From Candidatus Eiseniibacteriota bacterium (GTDB lineage: Bacteria; Eisenbacteria; RBG-16-71-46; CAZAMP01), in assembly GCA_965224245.1 (NCBI GenBank), contig OZ245046.1:4928001-4992000 (forward strand): a DNA stretch of 64,000 bases, in the 5' to 3' direction. Below the pieces are notes generated by a model. That model made no database searches. It was not told where the DNA came from and was given only the letters and a program-made list of their open reading frames with translations. Below, in pieces: positions 20,577 through 30,646 of this stretch. Within the stretch, counting starts at the first letter, position 1. Each line of letters opens with the position of its first letter. The position numbers were made by a program, and so were the translations under genes.

Positions 20577-21815
20577 TCAGCGTCGCTCGAGGTGCCCCCT
20601 CGAAAGCACGATGTCGATACCCTCCGTGGCGGCATGGGACGATCGACCCCGCCGGCCGGTGACCGTCATGACCGTGTCGTACCACCCCCGACACACCAGC
20701 ACCTCGTCATCGGCGAGCCAGAACACCCGATCCGCACGTGGGTCAGCATCCAGCTCCACCCGTACGATCTCCCGCACGCTCTCCGTTCGCGGATCCAGCA
20801 CGTCCCACTCCTGGAACGCGCCCGACGGTGCGTCATACGCCCCCCGGCTCGTCAGCACGTGGAGGTCACCGCCAGGCCCCACACGCAGGTCGACGACATC
20901 GGGATCGAACGGCGCGACGTGAACCGAGACCTCCGGACAGGTGCGACACGCGGGATCCCGGCGGGGCGTCCTTGCCGCACGGAGTCGTTCGATCTCCTCC
21001 CGAGGTCGTCGATTGTGCTCGTACGGAATGCGAATCGATCCGATCCCCCCGGAAGGATCGAACACCGTGATCTCGTACCGGTCGTAGTGCTCGGCCGCGT
21101 AGACATGACCATCGGGCGCCACGTCCCATGCCCGCAGGAAGTAGTCCTCGATCTCGTCCAGCTCGATCCGTTGCCGATCCTTCCGGATCGACTTCGTCTC
21201 GTAGGTTGCGAGCTGTCGACTTCCGGCCGGGTCGAGCTTGACGAGGCTGAAGTGGTTCGTCGTAGATCGTGCGTCGCGATCGATGCCGGACCTCTTCAGG
21301 ACGAGCCCGCTGCCGCAGGTCCTGAGCTCCCAGCCGAGCGATCGCCGATCTCCACCCGGACACACCTGTCGATCCACGAACCGTCCATCGGGTGTGAACC
21401 GGAGGATGCGAGCCGGGCTTCGCTCCAGAACGAGGAGCTCACCGGTCGGGCTCCAGGCGAGCGACCTCGGATCGTCGGCGATGTCCCCCGGTCCCTCCCC
21501 CGGGCGCCCGATGCGTCGCAGAAGGGCACCATCCGGGTCGAAGACCCACACGGTCTGCTGCTGGCGATCGAGGAGATACACGTTGCCGTCGTCATCGCGC
21601 GTGGCGCCGGCGGGCACGCCGACGAGATACGCGGGGTCGGAGTCGCTCAGACGCCAGGCTTCCTCGAACGCGAGCGCGAGGCGCGACTGTGCCCGACCAT
21701 CGCCGGGAGCGCCGAGAAGCCCACCGACGACGACGCCAGCCCAGACGACGCACCCGATGCGACCGACACGACCGATCGACCCCGAGATCACGGGCCGCTC
21801 CGCGCGAACGCGCAT
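20577..21815 (-). CDS. Exported 6-bladed beta-propeller (NHL/TolB-like) protein
   Basis: Signal peptide; DDDGNVYLLDRQQQTVWVFDPDGALLRRIGRPGEGPGDI is the hallmark of this family; contains CRTC. Confidence 0.8.
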   Translation of the reverse strand: MRVRAERPVISGSIGRVGRIGCVVWAGVVVGGLLGAPGDGRAQSRLALAFEEAWRLSDSDPAYLVGVPAGATRDDDGNVYLLDRQQQTVWVFDPDGALLRRIGRPGEGPGDIADDPRSLAWSPTGELLVLERSPARILRFTPDGRFVDRQVCPGGDRRSLGWELRTCGSGLVLKRSGIDRDARSTTNHFSLVKLDPAGSRQLATYETKSIRKDRQRIELDEIEDYFLRAWDVAPDGHVYAAEHYDRYEITVFDPSGGIGSIRIPYEHNRRPREEIERLRAARTPRRDPACRTCPEVSVHVAPFDPDVVDLRVGPGGDLHVLTSRGAYDAPSGAFQEWDVLDPRTESVREIVRVELDADPRADRVFWLADDEVLVCRGWYDTVMTVTGRRGRSSHAATEGIDIVLSRGHLERR

Positions 21816-22039
21816 GGTTCGGTCTGGCAGGTCATCGACTGCCAGTCGTCATCGAGGACGTAATAGCAGTCGAGCGTGGAGAGCGAACCGACGCAGTTCG
21901 CGCCATCGCACTGCCGGTAGCTGCATCCCTCGAGCGGGTCCACCGGGGCTCCCACCATCTGCGTCGGCGCAAACAGCAGCCCGGCGACGGTGGCGAGCAT
22001 GAACGCGCCAATCGCGAGCAGGAATCGGTTCCGGGCCAT
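21788..22039 (-). CDS. Small secreted six-cysteine peptide
   Basis: MARNRFLLAIGAFMLATVAGLLFA signal followed by a ~50-aa mature region with six Cys; G-rich RBS; overlaps the start of the propeller gene. Confidence 0.7.
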   Translation of the reverse strand: MARNRFLLAIGAFMLATVAGLLFAPTQMVGAPVDPLEGCSYRQCDGANCVGSLSTLDCYYVLDDDWQSMTCQTEPCAFARSGP

Positions 22040-22303
22040 TCAAGAGCCCCCCATCGAACTGTCCAAGCGGACGAGTCATCGATCGGCAGTCATGTTCGGC
22101 ACCCGGACCATCTATTAATGGATACCACATCGCGCCGCGGAGACGCAACCGTGGTGACCGAGGGCGGCGCGCATCCGCACGGTGCCCGTGGAATCGAGGT
22201 CTCCGACGGGATGCACGGATCGGACGTCGATCGCTGGTATCATCCACCCGCCCGGAGCCGTCCAACGAGATAGGGCTTCCGCACGTCGAACCAAGGAGTC
22301 CCC

Positions 22304-23590
22304 ATGCGATCCATCGATCTCATGGTGGGGGGATTGGTCCTCGCCGTCACGACGGGATCTCTCGCTCGCGCCGAGTGCGTGGACTACGCCGACCCACCCG
22401 CCGACCCGCTCCTCGGATACCTCGAGATCCCCGGTGATCCCGGAGACATCACCCTTCGCGACGGCGTCGTCACGCTCGCGGTGACCGATCCCGACGGCGG
22501 AACGCCGGTGATGATGACCGTCGACGTCTCCGACCCTTCGGCACCGACGCCCCTCGACACGATCGCGTCCCCCGCGGCGTACGGCCGGATCGTCCTCGAG
22601 GGAGACCAGCTTCACGCCGCCGGACCGTCGCTGGCGCACTTCGACGCGTCCGATCCGACGGACCTCGTCGCCCTCGGCACGCTGGACGCGATCGAGTTCC
22701 CGTCACAGAACGCGCGGGCGCTCGCGGTCGTGGGCACGCTCGCCTATCTGGCCACCGAGGACGAACGTCTCGTCATCGCCGACGTGAGCGGAGACCCGTT
22801 GCCGCTCGGCGATCTCGCGATCGGTGCGGCGACGAGCCTCAACGACCTCGTGGTCAAGGACGGGTACGTCTACCTCGTGGGCATCGGCGGGCTCTTCATC
22901 GTCGACGCCACCGACCCCGCAGCGCCGGAGTTCGTGGACACGATCAGCCTCGAGAACCAGGGCACGTCGATCGGCCTCGTCGGAAGCACGGCGATCGTCG
23001 CGGTGTTCGAACGCGCCAGCGCGACGTTCGATCTGTCTGCGCCGGGCTCGCCGGCGCCTCTCGGAACGGGGCCGAGCCTGGCCCGGTTCGCGACCACGGG
23101 AACGATCCTCTATGCGATCGAGGCATCGGACCTCACGGCGTACGACTACTCCGATCCGACATCACCCGAGGAGATCGGATCGCTCACGTTCTTCTTCTCG
23201 TTCGACCTCGCGGTCGATGGATGCCTCGTGGCCGGGTTCAATCCGTTCTTCCCGCCCGAGGAGCTCCGGCTGTTTCCGGCGCACGACCGGGTGACGGTGA
23301 GTGTACCCGGGTACAGTGCCTCCGCCCCCGCCGTGTCGTGTGCGCCGAACCCGATGTCGACCATGACGACGTTGCGTCTCGAGGGTGTGACGGATGGGGA
23401 GACGCGGGTGACGATCCATGATGTGCGGGGTCGTCGCGTGCGCACGCTCCATGGCGAGGTGGACGCGACCGGCTCGCTCGTCGTGCGGTGGGATGGCCGA
23501 GACGATGTCGGTCGAAGGCCGGTGCCGGGGGTGTACGTCTGTGTCAGCGGTGATGGTGTGACGAGGGGGCGGATCACCGTCGCTCCGTGA
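22304..23590 (+). CDS. Secreted LVIVD-repeat protein with FlgD-like C-terminal domain
   Basis: Repeats TVDVSDPSAP, LVIADVS, YVYLVGIGGLFIVDATDPAAP; tail PNP...IHDVRGRRVRTL...WDGRDDVGRRPVPGVY; AAGGAG RBS. Confidence 0.85.
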   Translation: MRSIDLMVGGLVLAVTTGSLARAECVDYADPPADPLLGYLEIPGDPGDITLRDGVVTLAVTDPDGGTPVMMTVDVSDPSAPTPLDTIASPAAYGRIVLEGDQLHAAGPSLAHFDASDPTDLVALGTLDAIEFPSQNARALAVVGTLAYLATEDERLVIADVSGDPLPLGDLAIGAATSLNDLVVKDGYVYLVGIGGLFIVDATDPAAPEFVDTISLENQGTSIGLVGSTAIVAVFERASATFDLSAPGSPAPLGTGPSLARFATTGTILYAIEASDLTAYDYSDPTSPEEIGSLTFFFSFDLAVDGCLVAGFNPFFPPEELRLFPAHDRVTVSVPGYSASAPAVSCAPNPMSTMTTLRLEGVTDGETRVTIHDVRGRRVRTLHGEVDATGSLVVRWDGRDDVGRRPVPGVYVCVSGDGVTRGRITVAP

Positions 23591-23913
23591 CGACCCAATC
23601 GTCCGCGTGTCAGCCTCGGCGGCATCGTTGGGGGCTGAGGTGCTCAGGCCGAAGCGGTCTGCGGGGTCGGTAGCCCCATTCACATGAAGCTGCCGTGCTC
23701 TTGGCCCGAGACCACGAAGGTCGGACTTCCGCTGCCGGGCTACCCCGACGCATGCGATCTTTCGATCGGTCCTGGCCGAACGGGTTGCCCAACCTGAAGT
23801 CATGGAATACAATGGGCGCGCCTCATCCTATGAATGTCGTGTAAGAGATATGAAACGGTCGATATAAGAGCACGTCGGAAGACAGGCAATTCCCCGCTCG
23901 GAGGTGCTCACTG

Positions 23914-24225
23914 GTGAATTGGAACTCACTCCCCTGTGCGTTGATGGGTTGGACCTTTCGAGGCATTTGCGGCACGCAGAGAGCGGTACGCATGCTGCTC
24001 GCGCTCTTCATCGCAGGGTGGATCGCTGTCGACGCAGCGGCGTTACCAGCGGTCCCGAAGCCGACTTCCGATCACGTGCAGATCATGAGCGACGGAGAGC
24101 CCTGGGATGACCCGGAGGAACATCGCTTCGGTGTAGGTGCTCTGCGTGAGGAGGTGCCATCCACTGGCCGCCGGTTGATACCAGCTGCCGACGACACCGA
24201 GATGAGCCAATCGAATGAACGCTGA
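23914..24225 (+). CDS. Small hypothetical protein, possibly exported or a propeptide
   Basis: GGAGGT 8 nt before the GTG; hydrophobic LLALFIAGWIAVDAAA segment; stop overlaps the regulator start. Confidence 0.5.
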   Translation: MNWNSLPCALMGWTFRGICGTQRAVRMLLALFIAGWIAVDAAALPAVPKPTSDHVQIMSDGEPWDDPEEHRFGVGALREEVPSTGRRLIPAADDTEMSQSNER

Positions 24226-26422
24226 CCTCATTTCCATCGTTGCGTCTCGACATTCGCACTCGCCCACGGTCGCGACAGCTCTCGGGTGCGATAGACCGGG
24301 CGCAAGTCTCGCTGTTCAACACTCTCGCTTGATCGATCTGGTGCGGAAGCTACGAGATACCGGCGACATTGCCACCGCACAGGACATCGCTGAACTCGTT
24401 CTTGAAACGAACGTAGCTACGCCGAAGCAGCGTGCAGATTGGTACATCGAACGATCGAAGCTGCGACGACGAGACGGCGACCTCTTCGGGGCCAGTGAGG
24501 AAGCAACGAAAGCTGCAGTTCTATTCGAGATGGAAGCGCTACCGGAGAGGACGTGTGAAGCCAACATCCTTCGTGGCGTTTGCTATGCCGCGATGGGGCA
24601 GTGGTCGTTGGCCGAGCAGATTCTGGCTAGAACCATGCACGCCGCGATCAAACTCAAAGTCGATTGGCTGACGAAGAGTGCCAGACTCAATCTGGCCATC
24701 ACGCTCTACATGCGCGGTAACATCTACGAAGCGTTTGTGCATCATCGAGCCTTGCTGGCCGGACCGATGTCGGACAGACGAGAAGAGAACCTTCGAGTCG
24801 GACTTGCTCGCACAACTCGACTGCTCGGTTACTCAGCATCTGCGTTGAGGCAATGTCGTGCTCTCCTGGGCCGAAGGAAGTTCAAGGAGCAACGACGAAC
24901 CGTCGCGCTGGCCAACGAAGTCCTCGGAGACTCCCTGATGGACTCCGGCCGACTCGCCCCTGCTATCCGCTCATTCAAAAAGTCCCTCAAGCTCGGCCTC
25001 CAAATCGCCCCCGAAGGCGACCTCGTCTGCGAAGCCTACCGCCGCCTCGCCGAAGCCCACCTCTCCGCCGGCGACCTCAAGAAGGCCCAGGCCGCCATCG
25101 ACGCCGGCTACCCCCTCTGCGAGAAGACCCACGACGACCGTGAACGGGCCGCCTACCTCCGCGTCATGGGCGACCTCGCCCTGGTCAACGGCGAGACCGA
25201 CGAGTCCGACAAGCGCTACGCCCAGTCGCTCCAGATCAGCGAATCGAGAGGCTTCCAGCTCGAACGCGCCATGACCCTCGAGACCGCCGGCCGCGCCCAC
25301 GTCGAGACGGGTCGCCCGGACACCGGTGTCGAGTTCCTCAAGCAGGCCGAGACCCTCTACGAGGAGATGCGCATCCCCCGGGGCGTCGCCCGCCTGCGCC
25401 GCGGCGAGACGCTCTTCGCCCGCCCGCTCCCCGATCCGAAGAGGACCCGGCGCACCGCCACGAGGAGCGTCACCGACGAGGAAGCCCGCTACTGGGAACG
25501 CTTCGGCATCTACACCCGCGACCCCACGTTGCTGCGCGCGCTCGACGAGGTGCGGGACGCCGCGCCGAGCCACCTCCCGATCCTGATCCTGGGCGAGAGC
25601 GGCGTGGGCAAGGAGCTCGTCGCCGCCGCGACCCACGCGCTCAGCGGCCGCGGCGGATCCCTCATCGACATCAACTGCCCGGCGATCCCCGAGACGATGC
25701 TGGAGAGCGAGCTGTTCGGGAGCGAGCGCGGTGCGTTCACTGGCGCCGAGACACGAGCGGGGCTCGTGGCCGAGGCGGATCGGGGCAGCCTCTTCCTGGA
25801 CGAGATCGGCGACATGCCGAAGCCCCTGCAGGCGAAGCTCCTCCGGTTCCTGGAGACGTCGACGTATCGCCCGGTGGGCGGACGGAAGTCGAGACGGGTG
25901 GACGTCCGCTTCATCAGCGCGACGAACGTGGATCTCGGACGGCGCGTCGACGACGGCACGTTCCGGAGCGATCTCTATCACCGCATCGCCGGACTCGTGG
26001 TCGAGATCCCGTCACTGCGACGGCGGCCGGACGACGTCGAGCTCCTGGCCCGACTGTTCCTGGCCCGCGGTCTCGGCGAGGACGCCACGGTGGCGCCGAC
26101 ACTCGATCCGGCGGTGGTGCATCGCCTTCGCGAGTTCCCCTGGCGAGGCAACGTCCGCGAGCTGAAGAACACGATGGACGCGACCGCGGTCAGGCTCCGA
26201 GGGCGGCACCGGGTCTCGATCGACCTCCTCCCCGCGTGGCTCCGCCGCCTCGATGGCAGCAAGACGTTTCGCGACATGACGATCGACGAGGTCCTGCTGG
26301 AGATCGAACGCCGCGACGGGAACCTCCTCCAGACCGCGCGAGACCTCGGCATCAATCGATCGTCGCTCTACCGCCGCCTGGAGCGCGCCGGGATCGACGT
26401 GGCCCGGCTCCGCACGCACTGA
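24215..26422 (+). CDS. Sigma54-dependent transcriptional activator with N-terminal TPR region and Fis-type HTH
   Basis: Walker A GESGVGKE, ESELFGSERGAFTGA, Walker B LFLDEIGD, FRSDLYHR, WRGNVREL; HTH TARDLGINRSSLYRRL; helical TPR-like N-terminal half. Confidence 0.93.
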   Translation: MNADLISIVASRHSHSPTVATALGCDRPGASLAVQHSRLIDLVRKLRDTGDIATAQDIAELVLETNVATPKQRADWYIERSKLRRRDGDLFGASEEATKAAVLFEMEALPERTCEANILRGVCYAAMGQWSLAEQILARTMHAAIKLKVDWLTKSARLNLAITLYMRGNIYEAFVHHRALLAGPMSDRREENLRVGLARTTRLLGYSASALRQCRALLGRRKFKEQRRTVALANEVLGDSLMDSGRLAPAIRSFKKSLKLGLQIAPEGDLVCEAYRRLAEAHLSAGDLKKAQAAIDAGYPLCEKTHDDRERAAYLRVMGDLALVNGETDESDKRYAQSLQISESRGFQLERAMTLETAGRAHVETGRPDTGVEFLKQAETLYEEMRIPRGVARLRRGETLFARPLPDPKRTRRTATRSVTDEEARYWERFGIYTRDPTLLRALDEVRDAAPSHLPILILGESGVGKELVAAATHALSGRGGSLIDINCPAIPETMLESELFGSERGAFTGAETRAGLVAEADRGSLFLDEIGDMPKPLQAKLLRFLETSTYRPVGGRKSRRVDVRFISATNVDLGRRVDDGTFRSDLYHRIAGLVVEIPSLRRRPDDVELLARLFLARGLGEDATVAPTLDPAVVHRLREFPWRGNVRELKNTMDATAVRLRGRHRVSIDLLPAWLRRLDGSKTFRDMTIDEVLLEIERRDGNLLQTARDLGINRSSLYRRLERAGIDVARLRTH

Positions 26423-26425
26423 CGC

Positions 26426-26540
26426 CCCCGACGCCCGCCCTCGAGCTCCCCGACATCCGCCTCCATTGCCCGACACTCGCCTCGAACACCCCGACACCCG
26501 CCTCGATTCCCCGACGCCCGCCTCGAACACCCCCGACACA
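26426..26540 (+). repeat. Degenerate ~20-22 bp C-rich tandem repeat (CCCGAC(A/G)CCCGCCTCGA...), 5-6 units
   Basis: Read directly in the intergenic gap after the activator stop. Confidence 0.65.
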
Positions 26541-26668
26541 ACTGGCCCGCCGATCCCGTAAACTCGACGTACCCGGACGACGTCACCGCCGCCGTGCGCC
26601 GCGGATGCCGGCGACGCTCGCCCCCGGCTCGACACCGCCAAAACGCCGACGAGGCGACGGGAGGGGTC

Positions 26669-27325
26669 ATGGCAGGACCCGAGCTTCGACTGCCCACCTG
26701 GGAGCAGTTCCTCATCAACTACGGCAGCGCCACCGCATCCTGGGGCGCGCGGCTCACGAGCGATCAGAAGAAGCTCGCGAAGGAGATCTTCGGCGACTCG
26801 ATCGACCTCACCCGGGTTCGGGTCCGGACCGGAGCGCTGCCCGGCATGGGCGGCGCCGCCGCGATGGTGCTCGGCAACACGGTCATCGTGGACCCGAAGT
26901 ACGCGCTGAAGGGCGGGCTCCTGGCCCACGAGCTGACCCACGTCTGGCAGTACCAGACGACCGGCTCCAAGTACCTGAGCAACGCGACCGTCCACCGATC
27001 CTATCGCGTGAAGATCGTCCGGGGCCGGCCCATCGGCGAGTACAACGCGGAGCAGCAGGCCACGATCGTCGAGAACTACTACTACTGGCGCTACCTCAAG
27101 ACGGTGTCGTCCGACTTCCGCGCCGACAATCCCAACATCAGGGGGACGATGAAGGAGGTCGATCGCCTGATGAACGAGATCCGTGGGCGGCGACCGCAGG
27201 CCGAGAGCACGCTCCAGCTCGATCTGAACCGGGCGATGACCGGAGCCGACTCGAGCTCGCTCCCGTCTCCGGCGGATCTGAGCGACTCGCCGAACCCGGT
27301 CTATCAGCTGGAGCTTCGGTTCTAG
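26669..27325 (+). CDS. DUF4157-like HExxH metallopeptidase-domain protein
   Basis: IFGDSIDLTRVRV...AMVLGNTV...LLAHELTHVWQYQ...YNAEQQA; GGGAGGGG RBS before ATG 26669. Confidence 0.75.
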   Translation: MAGPELRLPTWEQFLINYGSATASWGARLTSDQKKLAKEIFGDSIDLTRVRVRTGALPGMGGAAAMVLGNTVIVDPKYALKGGLLAHELTHVWQYQTTGSKYLSNATVHRSYRVKIVRGRPIGEYNAEQQATIVENYYYWRYLKTVSSDFRADNPNIRGTMKEVDRLMNEIRGRRPQAESTLQLDLNRAMTGADSSSLPSPADLSDSPNPVYQLELRF

Positions 27326-27387
27326 CGAGTCTCGCCGAGAGGACGTCCGTTCCATCGATCCACGTCGAGCTGGAGGCGCTCTTCACG

Positions 27388-28800
27388 TCATGGGAGCACG
27401 GCTGACGCTCCTCCCGCGTTGTAGAACCGCCCCGAGATATCCTCGGCCACCTCGACCACGGCTCCGGACTCGAGATCGATCGAGAAGACATGGTCATTGC
27501 CGGAGATGGCGTAGAACGCGCGGCCCGTGTATGCGACCCCCGTACACCTTCGGGGAAGATCGGCGACGACGCTCGACGAACCGGTATCGGGATCGACGCG
27601 CAGGAGCGTCGACGCGCCGGCGATGATCGCGGCCACGTAGAGCTGGCCGTCGTGAGGCGAGAAGTCCAGATCGCCGCCGGGCGCGCCGGCGATGAATCCG
27701 ATGAAACGCGTGGCGCCGGACTGGGGGTCGATCTCGAACAGACGCCCCACCGTGCTCGATCCGTCGACCTCGGCCGCGCCGAACAGACGGCGATCGACGC
27801 TGAAGGCGAGGCTGTTCATGACGGCGCTCATCTCGCCGAGGCGGGTCATCACGGCCGTGGTCGGGTCGATCCGGTAGAGCCAACCCTCGTCGTCACACCC
27901 GTAGAGTGCCGCGTCGGGTCCCGGCGACCATGCGATGTCGTACAGCCGCACGCCACGACCGCCGTAGCGCGCTCGCCCCAGCTCCGTGTACACGAATCCG
28001 GCAGCGGCATCGACGTATCCGACGTGGCTCGGTCGCAAGATGCTCGAGACCCAGATGAGGTCGGGTTCGGGCCACGGCAGCACGTTCACCCGGCCGGTGC
28101 CGGAGACGCCGGCACGTACCTCGACGACCTCGAGCTCGGCCGATCCTGGCGCCGACGCTGTGATCCAGCCCTCTGCGTCGATGGTGACGACATCGTCGCC
28201 CGAGACCACGCGCCACTCGAGGGCGGATCCGGGTACCACGAACGCCTGTCCACGCGTGTCGGTCGAGGACACACTGACCGGAAAGCGATAGCCGACGGGG
28301 AGCCCCAGCGGATCGCCCTGCACCGTCAGGCTCGTGAGCGTCGAGACCAGCTCGAGTCGAGCGGTGAACAGCTCGCCCGGCGAGACGTCGAACGCGGTGG
28401 CACCCGACGCGACGGTCCCACCCTCTCCGTTGAGCAGCGTTCTCGCCACCCCCACGAGCTCATAGCGTCCCGCGGGGATGAGATCCCGAAACCGGATCGT
28501 CTCGCTCGCCGCACCGTCGTCCGGCCGGTTGGCAACCAAGGAGTAGCGGACGTCCGGCCGGTCGGATCGGTGCATCTCGAGCGCGATACTCTCGGCATAC
28601 GGCGGGATGTAGGCCATCCGTGCATCGCGAGCTCCGGACCACGTGATCGCGATCTCAACGGCGGAGCCGATCGGGGGCTCGGTGCCGACGACGTCGGGTG
28701 CCCGCTCGCACGCCGCGCTCGCAAGCAGGATCGTTGTCCACAGGGGGATCCGACCCCACCGGACGCACCCGTCGACCTTCGAGACTTTAATCGACTTCAA
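27388..28800 (-). CDS. Lipoprotein with Ig-like (Big_2-like) domain and C-terminal beta-propeller
   Basis: ILLASAAC lipobox-like; VVTIDAEGWITASAPG; repeated L(Y/F)RIDPxTG blades. Start uncertain. Confidence 0.7.
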   Translation of the reverse strand: MKSIKVSKVDGCVRWGRIPLWTTILLASAACERAPDVVGTEPPIGSAVEIAITWSGARDARMAYIPPYAESIALEMHRSDRPDVRYSLVANRPDDGAASETIRFRDLIPAGRYELVGVARTLLNGEGGTVASGATAFDVSPGELFTARLELVSTLTSLTVQGDPLGLPVGYRFPVSVSSTDTRGQAFVVPGSALEWRVVSGDDVVTIDAEGWITASAPGSAELEVVEVRAGVSGTGRVNVLPWPEPDLIWVSSILRPSHVGYVDAAAGFVYTELGRARYGGRGVRLYDIAWSPGPDAALYGCDDEGWLYRIDPTTAVMTRLGEMSAVMNSLAFSVDRRLFGAAEVDGSSTVGRLFEIDPQSGATRFIGFIAGAPGGDLDFSPHDGQLYVAAIIAGASTLLRVDPDTGSSSVVADLPRRCTGVAYTGRAFYAISGNDHVFSIDLESGAVVEVAEDISGRFYNAGGASAVLP

Positions 28801-30646
28801 CGTTTCCTCCTCCGGAGACCCCGTCGTTCACGACGAGCTCGGGTAGCGAGTCGATGTCGGTGACGTCCATCGGTGCGTGACTCCACGCCGGCACGAAGCC
28901 CGGGGACGAGCACACCAGCTCCACGTCCGATATCGCCGGGAACGAGACCGTGTCGTCCCCCGGCTCGCGTCGGATCAGGAGCGCGAACGCCGTCGCCAGG
29001 AACGAGAGTGACTCGCCGTCGACCGCGGGGTCGACCGTGGACGGATTGCGCCGCCCGTGGTCGTAGAGCAACGCGGCGACGGCATTCTCGAGGTCGTCGA
29101 ACGTCCGGGGCAGAGGAGTGCCATCGCCGAGGCCGAGGAGCATCCTGGCATCCTCCACGCTCTGCTGGTCGAACGCCGGCGAGTCCTCGCTCGTGGGCGA
29201 TCTGGGCGTGATACGTCGCGGGACGACGCCTGCGCGGCGAAGCTGATCACACTCCGCGATGTCGGCGTTCGTGACCGCACCCACCTGCGTCGCGTCCGGC
29301 TGGCGTCCGTCGACCTCCATGCCATCGGCCAGCTCAACCAGCGATCGGTCGGTCTCGTCGGAGAAGACGCCCTCCTCCTCGCAGCGACCGATGGCGTCGC
29401 GGAGCGCGATCAGCTCGTTCACGTAGACGGCGCCGAAGACGGTTGCTCCCACGACCGACGGTGCCATCGCGACGGTACCGACGGCAGCGGCACCGGCGCC
29501 GAACCCGGTCCTGGCGAGGTCGAGGGCGCAGGCGGCACTGGGTGCCCAGCTCTCCACGCCGCGATAGAGGTCGTCGATGCCGCGGTCGATGATGAAGCCC
29601 AGCGTCAGGTCCTCGAGCACTTTGACGTCGAAGAACTTCGGCGCCCAGCGCGGATCGCTCAGGAGGGTGGCCAGCCCGTCCAGCGAGGAGGGAATGTCGC
29701 GCATCCACTCCTCGGGGACGTATCCAAAGACCTCGTCCGCGATGGTGCCCAGAAACGACGCGTCCAGCCGATGCGCGAAGTCGAGGACGTCGTCCCAGAA
29801 CGACGACTCCTCCGGCGGACGGGATCGTGCCGTGGTTGAGAGCACGACTCCGAGCGGAAGCTCGGCCACGATTCGATCGACCCGAGATAGATACGACGCG
29901 ACGTCGTCACCCGTGAGCTCGGAGTTGATCGGGAGGAGCGACGACGGACTTGGAGATCGACCCGTTCCCGCGGCCACACGGCGAACCCACGTGTTGAACA
30001 CGTCCGAGTACACCACGTACGCGGCCACCTTCCCGATCTCGTCCTCCGAGCGCGCGATGGAGGCCGCCATCTCCCGGGCACCCGCGACCTGGTTGTAGCG
30101 GTAGAGGTCTCCCAGGACGCGCATCGCGTGAAACGTGCGCTCGAACATGGCGGCTGTCCACTGGGGGTTGTTCAGCGCGGCGCCGATCTCCTCCTCGTCC
30201 ACCGCGAACTCGCTTCCCACGAACGAGAGGTCGTCCAGTCGGAGCGCGGTATCCAGGAGCCGGCCGTACATCTCGGCGAACCCCTGGAGCGCGACCGTCA
30301 CCGTCTGGCCGAACGTGCGTAGCTCGTCGCCACCGCTCGTTCGGTGCTCGGCGAGCGCTGCGATCTCTGCAACGCCTGCGATCTCGGCGAGCTCGGGGAT
30401 ATGCGGCGAGGAGCCCGTCCACGCCTCGGTCACGAGCTGAACGGCGTTGCTGTACTGATCGATCCGAGCAGTGAGCGCCCGCTCGATGACCGGTCGATCG
30501 CGACCCGGCGTGCCGCTCCCGAGACTCTCGGGCTGGATCGGTGTGTTCTCGTGCGAGCAGCTCGCGAGGAGCAGCAGCGCCGGACCGACGAGGTGCGCAT
30601 GGTGTCGGCTCCCAGCGGCGCTCGCAGTGTGTCTCCGTCTCATCAT
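28787..30646 (-). CDS. Hypothetical alpha-helical lipoprotein
   Basis: ALLLLASC lipobox; GGAG before tandem ATGs at 30646/30643; internal Gly/Ala-rich hydrophobic segment. Confidence 0.65.
   Translation of the reverse strand: MMRRRHTASAAGSRHHAHLVGPALLLLASCSHENTPIQPESLGSGTPGRDRPVIERALTARIDQYSNAVQLVTEAWTGSSPHIPELAEIAGVAEIAALAEHRTSGGDELRTFGQTVTVALQGFAEMYGRLLDTALRLDDLSFVGSEFAVDEEEIGAALNNPQWTAAMFERTFHAMRVLGDLYRYNQVAGAREMAASIARSEDEIGKVAAYVVYSDVFNTWVRRVAAGTGRSPSPSSLLPINSELTGDDVASYLSRVDRIVAELPLGVVLSTTARSRPPEESSFWDDVLDFAHRLDASFLGTIADEVFGYVPEEWMRDIPSSLDGLATLLSDPRWAPKFFDVKVLEDLTLGFIIDRGIDDLYRGVESWAPSAACALDLARTGFGAGAAAVGTVAMAPSVVGATVFGAVYVNELIALRDAIGRCEEEGVFSDETDRSLVELADGMEVDGRQPDATQVGAVTNADIAECDQLRRAGVVPRRITPRSPTSEDSPAFDQQSVEDARMLLGLGDGTPLPRTFDDLENAVAALLYDHGRRNPSTVDPAVDGESLSFLATAFALLIRREPGDDTVSFPAISDVELVCSSPGFVPAWSHAPMDVTDIDSLPELVVNDGVSGGGNVEVD

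Noticed and set aside
20420-26668. Sigma54 -24/-12 promoter near the activator
   Set aside because: No correctly spaced TGGCAC-N5-TTGC found in the intergenic regions examined.
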